Source: an uncultured Caulobacterales bacterium (GTDB taxonomy: Bacteria > Pseudomonadota > Alphaproteobacteria > Caulobacterales > Maricaulaceae). From it: a stretch of 58,271 bases of DNA. This document shows positions 30,138 through 38,562 of the stretch, piece by piece. Location: assembly GCA_937965735.1 (NCBI GenBank), contig CALCKU010000033.1:1-58271 (forward strand), given 5' to 3'. Under the pieces are notes generated by a model. It saw only the letters and a program-made list of their open reading frames with translations. It ran no database searches and had not been told where the DNA came from. The position numbers were made by a program, and so were the translations under genes. The first letter of the stretch is position 1. The number at the start of each line of letters is the position of its first letter.

Positions 30138-31835
30138 ATGGCCCACACTCATTTGGTGATTCGCAGAACATGTGATTCGTTTACGCATTTACCGAAAGGC
30201 TTTGGCTTGAAAACTTGGCTTTCAAATATTCATCCTTCAAAATCTCGAACGTCCAAACGCTCGGTACAGAGAATAGGCCGTATACCGTTTTGGATTCTGA
30301 ATTTATATGGTTTGATCGGCGTGAATGTCGCAATGGCACAAGCTCTTTCGAACACGCATACTTTAGGTCAGACTTCGAGATCTTCTGAAATGTTCGCATT
30401 AGGGCCCAAACAAAGTTCAGTGCGTCTACCAAAACCAGCGCAGCCCCTCAGAAAGCAAGCGCGTGGTCAAACCCTATTGCAATCCATTTCAGGTCTACAG
30501 GTTTCCGAGGTTATGACAGGCTTAGGAGAAATTTCTGACCTTGAGCTGTCCCCATCGGGCGATATTTTTGTGAGCGATGCACAAAATGGACGGGTTTGGG
30601 CGTTAAGTGACCGTGGCCAAGATGGGAAGCTGGATGGGCGACGTCCAATTTGTGGCCTTTTCAAAACGCCATCTGGGTTAGCGGCCCATAGTGAAGATGT
30701 TTTATTCATAGCCGATTTAGATGCGATTTGGCGGTGTAATCCGAAAACTGGGCTTCGAGATGAATATGTCAGCCTGCGTGGACTTCAAAGCCAGAAAGAC
30801 AGGGGGTGGGCTCTATCGCCTAAGGCAAATCAACCCTCATCCGCGCCGCAAACCTTTATGCAGTCCCGCGCAAAATCGTCGCTAAGATTAGCGTTAAGGC
30901 CCATGGATTTTGCCCCTAAAGACCGCGCCTTACTGATAGGCATTACGGATTTTGACAGTCAAAGCCAAGAGCTTTCCCGCCTCATTCGGATCGACCCGCT
31001 CTCTCGTCAGGCGACGATCCTATCGCGGTTTAATGCGCCGATTACGGTTATTTCGACCCGGCCTCAGGGTGATATTTGGCTCGGTGTTGGGCCTTATATT
31101 ATGGAATATCAAGGCGGTATTGTGCAACGTATGGAAGGGTTTGAGCACTCGCAAAATACGGCGCCGCATGATGTGGGTGGCCTTATCTTGCCAGGCCAGT
31201 TTAAAACACCAGAAAAATGGCCACAGGCTTTGAAAGATCATATTCTTGTATCGCAAAGTGGCCCGTATACGCTACCGCAATCGAGTAGTGGGGGCATGAA
31301 TATCATGGCCGTACCCACAGAATTTGGCCGTCCGCAAAATAAAGCTAAAGTTTTTGTAGACGGCTTTTTGACACAGCGAAAAAACGCAGCTTGGGGCCGT
31401 CCGACCGCGATGATTATTGATATGCGGGGTCTGTTTTTTGCCGATAGCTGGTCTGGGCGTTTATGGCGTGTTGCCCCGCAATCAGATTTTGTTTCTGGTA
31501 AACCTGTTCAAGAAAAGCCCGCGCAAAAACAGGTTGAAAAACAGAAAACCGAACAAGAATATGCTGCGCTTGAACTCAAGGCCGCAAAAGAGAAAACGCA
31601 AGCGGCGGCAAAGCTCAAAGGCTCTCAAATACAAGGGTCGTCAATTTCACAAGGATCTTCCATTTTGCAAGGCTCTCAAATTGAAGTCGGCTCATACCTC
31701 CTTAAAGCGTATGATGAAAAAAAAGCACAAGAAGAACAGGCAAAAAGAGACGCTGAAAAAGCAAAGCGCCTTCAGAAAAACTGGAGTCCCAATATTAGTG
31801 CGCGTGCTGAAGCCGAACGCGACCCTGAACCGTGA
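30138..31835 (+). CDS. Hypothetical exported protein with a beta-propeller-like core (weak resemblance to sorbosone/sugar dehydrogenase folds) and a Lys/Glu/Gln-rich tail
   Basis: Hydrophobic segment IPFWILNLYGLIGVNVAMA. Blades such as SPSGDIFVSDAQNGRVWALSD and FFADSWSGRLWRV. The C-terminal ~110 aa are low-complexity (KPAQKQVEKQKTEQE...GSQIQGSSISQGSSILQGSQIE...). Start is uncertain. Confidence 0.55.
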   Translation: MAHTHLVIRRTCDSFTHLPKGFGLKTWLSNIHPSKSRTSKRSVQRIGRIPFWILNLYGLIGVNVAMAQALSNTHTLGQTSRSSEMFALGPKQSSVRLPKPAQPLRKQARGQTLLQSISGLQVSEVMTGLGEISDLELSPSGDIFVSDAQNGRVWALSDRGQDGKLDGRRPICGLFKTPSGLAAHSEDVLFIADLDAIWRCNPKTGLRDEYVSLRGLQSQKDRGWALSPKANQPSSAPQTFMQSRAKSSLRLALRPMDFAPKDRALLIGITDFDSQSQELSRLIRIDPLSRQATILSRFNAPITVISTRPQGDIWLGVGPYIMEYQGGIVQRMEGFEHSQNTAPHDVGGLILPGQFKTPEKWPQALKDHILVSQSGPYTLPQSSSGGMNIMAVPTEFGRPQNKAKVFVDGFLTQRKNAAWGRPTAMIIDMRGLFFADSWSGRLWRVAPQSDFVSGKPVQEKPAQKQVEKQKTEQEYAALELKAAKEKTQAAAKLKGSQIQGSSISQGSSILQGSQIEVGSYLLKAYDEKKAQEEQAKRDAEKAKRLQKNWSPNISARAEAERDPEP

Positions 31836-31858
31836 AGGGTGTTGAGCTTCGGTTTATC

Positions 31859-33388
31859 TCACGGTTTAAGTTCGGTCATATTCAGGACTAGGCTTGCTCG
31901 GTTTGCTAAGCGTTCAGCATGTAAGTGTACACGTTCATTGATTAAGTCTTTGTCCGCCTCTTGAACACTGAAGGTCAAGGTCGTTGCCGTTGTAGACAGC
32001 GAGAAATTATCTAATAAACGGGGTGAGCGTCCAGAGGCGACAACAGCTAAACGAATAGCGGCCCCAAAACAACGCGCCGCATTTTGTTCTGACTGACTGA
32101 GTAAATGCTGAATCGCGGGTTCATTAGGGGTCGTCGCGCTTTTTGTGTATGAGCTATAGAGGATAAGCGATAAATATGCGCGTTCTTTATGGTCTAAACC
32201 TGCAAGCGGGGCGTAGAGCACGTCTTCAAAAACAAGATCGGCACGATAGTCAGGATGCAAGCCTTTGCCAATACCGACCAGATAACACGCTGCGCGGCGT
32301 AAACGGAGTTCATTTTCTGGTTGAAAGCATTGCGGAAAATTTATAGCGGCATCTTCTAAAAACCGAAATAAGGGATCCGAGAAGTGTACGCTTTGCAGAT
32401 TGCCCCGCGCTAAATCTCGACATCCATCAAACAAGCTATTCCGAGCCTGTAATTGCGGTGTTAGCGCGTCATATAAAAGGCCTTCGCGAAGACCCGTGGT
32501 TGAAATCACAATCTCACTTGGATCTAATTGGTCTATTAATATATCTAATAAAAGCGCGCTATAGGGCAGGGTTTCTGCGCGGCGTTTGTTAATACCTTGC
32601 CATGCTAATACGTCATCGCGACCCTCACCATACGACCAATGTGCATGCGCTCGCGCGGCGTCCGTTGTTAAGCGATACGCTTGGAGCGTATGCATTGGAT
32701 ACTCTGTTAGCGCTTGATGGATCGTTGCGAGGTTGCGCCATGCACCGCCAATTAGATAAAGGGTTTGGCCTTTAGCATAGCCTTTGTCTTTGGTTTGAGC
32801 GCTCAATTGTTGGGTTACGCTTGCACGGATGTGTTCAACATTAAACTCATGCGTTGAAGATAGATTATTTCCGATTATCTTGAAGGGGCCGATAGGATAA
32901 CTTTGGCCCGCTTTGACTTGGCCTTGATCGATTTCAATTAATTCTAGACTGGCTCCGCCTAAATCGGCGGCAATACCGCGTGCATTCGGAATCGCGGCAA
33001 TAAGCCCTTTAGCCGTTAACCGCGCTTCCTCACGGCCGCTAACGGGGTGAATATCAAGCCCTGTTTCAGCTTTTACAATGGCAATAAAATCAGCGGCGTC
33101 CTCGGCTTCGCGCAAAGCCGCCGTTGCACCAACCAATAAATGCGAAAGGTTTTGCGCTTCTGAAATGCGTTTAAACCGCTTAAGAGCAGACAGAGCAAGT
33201 TTTCGTCCATCAAGGCTTAGGCGATTCGTTTCTCTGAGGTCACGCCCTAAACCAGCGAGGACTTTCTCATTATACACAGGCGTGAAAGCCGACCCAAAAA
33301 GTTCATAGATAACAAGTCGAACTGAATTAGAGCCAATATCTAAGATCCCAACGCGGTCTATTGGTGTTGACTGTGCGGGAATAGGCAA
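31859..33388 (-). CDS. ppx: Exopolyphosphatase (Ppx/GppA family)
   Basis: ILDIGSNSVRLVIYE, ATAALREA and DLGGASLEL motifs. Sits directly downstream of ppk1. Confidence 0.85.
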   Translation of the reverse strand: MPIPAQSTPIDRVGILDIGSNSVRLVIYELFGSAFTPVYNEKVLAGLGRDLRETNRLSLDGRKLALSALKRFKRISEAQNLSHLLVGATAALREAEDAADFIAIVKAETGLDIHPVSGREEARLTAKGLIAAIPNARGIAADLGGASLELIEIDQGQVKAGQSYPIGPFKIIGNNLSSTHEFNVEHIRASVTQQLSAQTKDKGYAKGQTLYLIGGAWRNLATIHQALTEYPMHTLQAYRLTTDAARAHAHWSYGEGRDDVLAWQGINKRRAETLPYSALLLDILIDQLDPSEIVISTTGLREGLLYDALTPQLQARNSLFDGCRDLARGNLQSVHFSDPLFRFLEDAAINFPQCFQPENELRLRRAACYLVGIGKGLHPDYRADLVFEDVLYAPLAGLDHKERAYLSLILYSSYTKSATTPNEPAIQHLLSQSEQNAARCFGAAIRLAVVASGRSPRLLDNFSLSTTATTLTFSVQEADKDLINERVHLHAERLANRASLVLNMTELKP

Positions 33389-33397
33389 ATCTCCAGA

Positions 33398-35677
33398 TCA
33401 GAGTTGGGAATTTGTATCACTCTGCTTTTGTTTTGTGACGCGAAGCGCTCGTTCTGTCAAATTTTTGTCAGGCAAACTTTGCGAGTTTCGTCTGTCTCGC
33501 TGGGGTAAACCTTGATGGGGTAGATCTTGCGGCGCGGAATAGCGCAGCGCACTGCCCCGCCCAGAGAGCGAGGGATGTTTCATAAAGTATTCATGGCTTG
33601 AAAACACAGTGTCTCTGTCTGAAACTTGTCTGCGTTCATATCGGCCTGTCGGGCGTAATTCCCAACAATTGGCAGTATCGAGGAGATTTGCCGTCATAAT
33701 TTGATTTAAGATTTGCCGCCGGACTGTTATGGCTTCTACGGGTATCAAAGTCTCAATACGGCGACTTAAATTGCGCGGCATCCAATCCGCAGATGAGAAA
33801 TAAATTTTGGCGTTCATATTAGGCAAGGCAGTCCCATTCCCAAAACACACGATTCGCGAATGTTCTAGAAATCGCCCGACAATACTAATGACCCGAATGT
33901 TTTCTGATAAATCTGGAACGCCTGGGCGCAAACAACAAATACCGCGTACGACAAGGTCAATTTGCACGCCCGCATTGGATGCCGCATAGAGCGCGTCAAT
34001 GATCTCTATGTCTACAAGTGCGTTCATTTTGGCCCAAATTGCGGCAGGCTTTCCTGATTTTGCAAAGTCAATTTCAGCTTCAATTTGCTTCAATAAATGT
34101 TGGCGCAAATTTAACGGGGCAATCACAAGCTTTTTAAGGCTTTGTGGTTTGGAATAGCTGGTGACGTAATTAAATAATTTTCCGACATCACTGCCGAAAT
34201 CGGCATCCGTTGTGAATAGGGCTAAATCGGTATAAATTTTTGCGTTCTGCGCGTGATAATTACCCGTGCCTAAATGCGTATAAGTTTTAAGGCCGTCCGA
34301 TTCGCGGCGAATAACGAGTGATACTTTGGCATGCGTTTTATAATCAATAAAACCGTAAACCACATGCGCGCCTGCACGCTCTAAATCCCGAGCCCAGCGT
34401 AAATTGGTGGCTTCGTCAAAACGGGCTTTTAATTCAACAAGAGCCGTTACATTCTTACCCCGCTCAGCAGCATTGATCAGCGCTTTGACAATTGGACTGT
34501 CATCCGAAGTCCGGTAAAGTGTTTGTTTAATCGCGACAACATTCGGGTCGAGGGCGGCTTGTTCCAAAAACTGGATCATCACGTCAAACTCTTCATAAGG
34601 GTGATGGACAAGAATATCTTTGGCCGCAATTGCGGCAAAACAATCTCCGTCATGTTCGCGAATCCGTTCGGGGAAACGGGCCTGAAAGGGTGGAAATAAA
34701 AGCTTAGGTTTTGTCGAATCGATAATATCAGATAAATCTCGCATGCTAATCATGCCACTCGTATCTTGAATATCCTCATCCCAACATTCAAAACTCTCAA
34801 TTAGAAAGGCTTTTAAATCACGCGGCATATCGCCTTCAAGCTCAAGCCGAATGACGCGCCCACGGCGTCTTTTTTTGAGTAAAAATTCAAAATGTTGAAC
34901 AAGATCTTCGGCATCTTCATCAACGGCAATGTCACTATCACGGGTTATCCGAAAGGCTCCGATGGCATCACGCGAAAACTCTGGGAAAAGCTCTTCTGCA
35001 AAATGCTCAAGCGCGTCTTCAACCCGCACATAGGTCACATGCTTTTTCTTACCCTCTTCAATTTTGATAAAGCGGGGCACATGCGATGGAACGGGGACAA
35101 TTGCATAGCGGGGTTCAGAGTGTTTTTTGTCTAAAAGACGCAAGACAACCCCTAAACCCAGATTTTGAATAAAAGGAAATGGGTGGGCGGGATCAATCGC
35201 CATAGGCGATAATAACGGCATGATTTGCCCGCGATAGAGTTCGGTTAATTGCTCAAGCGATTCAGGAGAAAGTTCTGAGATTTTTTTCACAAAAACGCCC
35301 TCATTCGAGAGTAGCGCTGAGAGCTCTTGCCAACAGGTATTTTGTGCTTTTGTGATTTTAGAAACACGTTTAGCGATTTTCTCTAACTGTCTTTGTGGCG
35401 TATAGCCGTCAAAGCTTTCTGTCGTCATACCCGCCAGAACTTGTGTACGCAGACCCGCCACACGCACCATATAAAATTCGTCAAGATTAGACGCCGAAAT
35501 AGATAAAAACCGTAAGCGTTCAAATAAAGGCACCGCTTTATCTTCGGCCATTTCCATAACACGTGTGTTAAAGAACAGCCAAGACAGCTCACGGTTAAAA
35601 TAACGTTTGTTGGAATCGGGTTTCACGTTTGTTGAACCATCTATAGAAGGGACGGAATGTGTTTTATGTGTATTCAT
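33398..35677 (-). CDS. ppk1: Polyphosphate kinase 1
   Basis: YFNRELSWL.FN.RV, ERLRFLSI...NLDEF.MVRV, THAKV and GTGNYH. Start set at ATG 35677 (MNTHK). The ORF track extends to TTG 35713. Confidence 0.9.
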   Translation of the reverse strand: MNTHKTHSVPSIDGSTNVKPDSNKRYFNRELSWLFFNTRVMEMAEDKAVPLFERLRFLSISASNLDEFYMVRVAGLRTQVLAGMTTESFDGYTPQRQLEKIAKRVSKITKAQNTCWQELSALLSNEGVFVKKISELSPESLEQLTELYRGQIMPLLSPMAIDPAHPFPFIQNLGLGVVLRLLDKKHSEPRYAIVPVPSHVPRFIKIEEGKKKHVTYVRVEDALEHFAEELFPEFSRDAIGAFRITRDSDIAVDEDAEDLVQHFEFLLKKRRRGRVIRLELEGDMPRDLKAFLIESFECWDEDIQDTSGMISMRDLSDIIDSTKPKLLFPPFQARFPERIREHDGDCFAAIAAKDILVHHPYEEFDVMIQFLEQAALDPNVVAIKQTLYRTSDDSPIVKALINAAERGKNVTALVELKARFDEATNLRWARDLERAGAHVVYGFIDYKTHAKVSLVIRRESDGLKTYTHLGTGNYHAQNAKIYTDLALFTTDADFGSDVGKLFNYVTSYSKPQSLKKLVIAPLNLRQHLLKQIEAEIDFAKSGKPAAIWAKMNALVDIEIIDALYAASNAGVQIDLVVRGICCLRPGVPDLSENIRVISIVGRFLEHSRIVCFGNGTALPNMNAKIYFSSADWMPRNLSRRIETLIPVEAITVRRQILNQIMTANLLDTANCWELRPTGRYERRQVSDRDTVFSSHEYFMKHPSLSGRGSALRYSAPQDLPHQGLPQRDRRNSQSLPDKNLTERALRVTKQKQSDTNSQL

Positions 35678-35815
35678 TAAGGGGGCGTATGTCCTGCGGC
35701 GATTATCGCGCAAGCCCTAACCCTACTTTGCAAAGGCTTTATGACAGAGTGATGTGTCTCTGACAATCTGGATAAAATACGTTAAATTTTAAAATAACGA
35801 AAAAGAAATGAAACA

Positions 35816-35836
35816 AGCGTTTCGTCTGAAAACGCT
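35816..35836 (-). terminator. Candidate terminator downstream of ptsN
   Basis: 7-bp stem agcgttt/aaacgct. On the minus strand it is followed by tgtttcatttcttttt. Confidence 0.35.
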
Positions 35837-35974
35837 GCCTCTTTATGCTTTTTAGCTTTCCAAGCATTTTACCTTTGAACCCTGCCCATTTTTTAAACAG
35901 GCTCATTTTTGAATTTTTGGTGTTGTGGCGTGTCCGTGGCTGTGTTTTCTTTAAACCCTAAGTGTCAACAAACC

Positions 35975-36463
35975 CTAGGCCGCATGTGCTGATGTTTCAT
36001 CGGTCAAACAGATATATAGGCTTTCTGCATTTGGGGCCGCGCGTAGACGTGCGCGAACCTCATCACGGCGTAAACGGCGTGAAATTTGTGCGAGCGCACG
36101 TAAGTGCTCACTTCCAGCGTGTGCAGGGGCCACGAGCATGGCGACCAAATTGACTGGACGTTCATCAACCGAATCATAATCCAGAGGCGTTTCAAGGGTC
36201 GCGAACACGCCTTTAACAGATTTAAGCCCCTCAATACGGGCATGTGGAATGGCAACACCCGATCCCACACCGGTAGACCCGAGACGCTCGCGCTCAAGCG
36301 CGGCATTAACAACATCGCGAGCGGTTTGTTCTGTGCCGTCGAGTGCGCCGCTTTGTTCCAGTGTCTGAGCCATTTCTAAAAAGAGTTGCTTCTGACTACT
36401 CGTAGAAACATTGCAGAGCACGTTTTCTATATCAAAAATTACGTCAAGGGCCATACTGTTCAA
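35975..36463 (-). CDS. ptsN: PTS-Ntr EIIA nitrogen regulatory protein
   Basis: 162 aa with GSTGVGSGVAIPHARIEGL (phosphorylatable His context). Sits downstream of hpf. Confidence 0.85.
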   Translation of the reverse strand: MNSMALDVIFDIENVLCNVSTSSQKQLFLEMAQTLEQSGALDGTEQTARDVVNAALERERLGSTGVGSGVAIPHARIEGLKSVKGVFATLETPLDYDSVDERPVNLVAMLVAPAHAGSEHLRALAQISRRLRRDEVRARLRAAPNAESLYICLTDETSAHAA

Positions 36464-36582
36464 ACATCCCGCATCATTACATCAAAAATCTTGCCGCTTG
36501 GAGTAGTGGCAAGATGTTACTGCTTATTTAAATACGCCTTGAAAAATGAGGGCCGTATTCTGTTGGCGTGGCTTTAGCGAGA

Positions 36583-37152
36583 TTAGGGCGCGGGGTCAAT
36601 CCAGCCAATATTACCGTCAGACCGTTTGAAAACCACATTGATACGGCCATGTTTGGCATTGTTAAAAATAACAACCCCTGTATCCGCGAGACCCAATTCC
36701 AAAGCGGCCATACTGGGCGTTAGGGTTCGAATTTCGCCTGCTTTTTCGGCAATCACGATAGGGTCTTGTGTTTCAGAATTTAGATCATCATCTGTTTCGT
36801 CGTCACTCACGGGGTTTTCTAAAATAAACATTGAGAACCCTTGGGCTTTACTCTCGGCCTTATGGTCTTTGAGACGCCGATTATAGCGGCGCAGTCTTTT
36901 TTCCATATGTTCAAGTGATTCGTCAGAAGCTCCGTAAGCATCTTGTGCTTGGCCTTTGGATTCCATCGTCGCCCCAGAGGGTAAATGAACGGAAATTATA
37001 GTTTTAAACCCCGTGCCTTCGCGGCTAACCGATACATGAACATCGCCGTCCCTATGTATATATTTATCCATCATCTCTTCGAGTTTTCCAGTGATGCGAT
37101 CGCTGAGCGCCGGTGAAACATCAATCCCTTTGGAGACAATTTTTATATGCAT
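36583..37152 (-). CDS. hpf: Ribosome hibernation promoting factor (long form)
   Basis: N-terminal RaiA/HPF domain (MHIKIVSKGIDVSPALSDRITGKL...). C-terminal dimerisation domain (IVIAEK......LTPSMAALEL......VIFNNAKHGRINVVFKRSDGNIGWI). Confidence 0.9.
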   Translation of the reverse strand: MHIKIVSKGIDVSPALSDRITGKLEEMMDKYIHRDGDVHVSVSREGTGFKTIISVHLPSGATMESKGQAQDAYGASDESLEHMEKRLRRYNRRLKDHKAESKAQGFSMFILENPVSDDETDDDLNSETQDPIVIAEKAGEIRTLTPSMAALELGLADTGVVIFNNAKHGRINVVFKRSDGNIGWIDPAP

Positions 37153-37246
37153 AAGGTGTCCTCTTTCATTAGTTGCCTTTTAAACTTAGCACAGTTTTTG
37201 TTTAGGTGTAGGTATAAAATGCTCGCATACTGGTTTATAGTAAAAA

Positions 37247-38044
37247 ATGATGATGAATGATACGCTCCGCCGCGCCGCTAATTTAATACTTGCCCCGATT
37301 ATGTGGGGTGTGTCGACCTTGCCACAGATCACGGATTGGGGGCGCACAGCCTCTGAATTTTCAAATCAAAATGATAGCTTACTTGTGCCTTTTGGCGCTG
37401 CTTTTTCAATCTGGCTTCCGATTTTTATACTCTGTATCGTCTACGGGGTTACACAAGCCCGTCCAAGCCAGAAGGAAAATCCAGTCTTTAGGGCGGCTGG
37501 CCCATGGACAGCAATAGGCTTTTTGTGTGTTTCCCTTTGGGCGTTATTATCCGCGCATGCTCCAGAGGATTGGGTTCTGCCGGCGACGGCACTTATATTT
37601 ATTCCCATTGTATTTTGTCTTGTAAAAGCCATGCTCATTATGGTCAGTAAAAAAGGGCTTACAACACAGACGGCAACCGAGATGAATACACATTTTGCGC
37701 CAAGCGGGTTAAGCACGCTCGGTATTTCTTTAATTGCGGGCTGGACGTGCCTGGCTCTATTTTTGAACTGGACCCCTTTAATTGGAAACCTCACGGGTTT
37801 GAACGAAGTTTGGCTCTGCGTGATTATACTTTTATGTGCGCTTATTGTGATTGCGACACTTTTGAAAAAAAGCGGCGGTGTTATCGCTTATGCATTCTCT
37901 GCGATTTGGGGGCTATCCTTTTTAGCGCTTGAACGATTTCAAACGAAAATCGCATTTGAAAGCATCGGTATATTGGCCATAGTCGGCGCTCTCGCCCTCG
38001 CACTCTATACAGCCTATTTGAACGGGCGTTTTCACAAGCGTTAA
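37247..38044 (+). CDS. Hypothetical polytopic membrane protein
   Basis: 265 aa with about 7 hydrophobic helices. No recognisable motif. Confidence 0.55.
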   Translation: MMMNDTLRRAANLILAPIMWGVSTLPQITDWGRTASEFSNQNDSLLVPFGAAFSIWLPIFILCIVYGVTQARPSQKENPVFRAAGPWTAIGFLCVSLWALLSAHAPEDWVLPATALIFIPIVFCLVKAMLIMVSKKGLTTQTATEMNTHFAPSGLSTLGISLIAGWTCLALFLNWTPLIGNLTGLNEVWLCVIILLCALIVIATLLKKSGGVIAYAFSAIWGLSFLALERFQTKIAFESIGILAIVGALALALYTAYLNGRFHKR

Positions 38045-38149
38045 AACCAGCGGGCAAGTCAAAATATTGGAAAGCATTCGCTAATTTTATAGTCGTCTCA
38101 ATTTAAACCCATAATAGCACAATCGTGAATTTTTCACTTGCGGGACGGT

Positions 38150-38470
38150 CACTTTTTCGACAAGAGGGCGATATTGGTGCCCCGTAAAAAGGGCTGAATA
38201 TGGGAATGAGGTGCGAACCGAAACTTGTTTGCTTTTAATCGAATGCAATCGCCATCAGAAAACGGCTAATATAGCCAGATTTTGATATGATTTTACGCAA
38301 AAATTTAAGTTCAAATCCTCAACTGCACCCGCAGCTGTAACCGACGAGACGACTGCATATGTCACTGATTTTAGGCTTAAAGCGTTTCAGCTTTGAGAGA
38401 TTTTCGGGAAGACGCAGTTTCATCATTTGAGTCGGAAGTCAGAAGACCTGCCAATACAGTCGCCAGTGCG
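38150..38470 (+). promoter_or_regulatory. Cobalamin (B12) riboswitch with an unusually long internal insertion
   Basis: Ordered core elements: GGTGCC (38176), GGGAATGAGGTGCGAA (38202), CTGCACCCGCAGCTGTAA (38323-38340), GTCACTG (38361), GGGAAGAC (38406), and the B12 box AGTCAGAAGACCTGCC (38437-38452). It lies upstream of a TonB-dependent receptor. Confidence 0.7.
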
Positions 38471-38562
38471 CGAGAGGCGGGTCGTACTCTTGAGCGTGGA
38501 GTTTTCCAATGACGACATTTTGTTCAACCGCCTGCATTATGCGGGCTACAAGGAGTCGTGTT

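Noticed and set aside
31417-31845. 142-aa Lys/Arg-rich ORF overlapping the 3' end of ORF 30138-31835
   Set aside because: It is an alternative-frame reading of the same AAG/GAA-rich low-complexity DNA. The main frame is continuous with the upstream domain.
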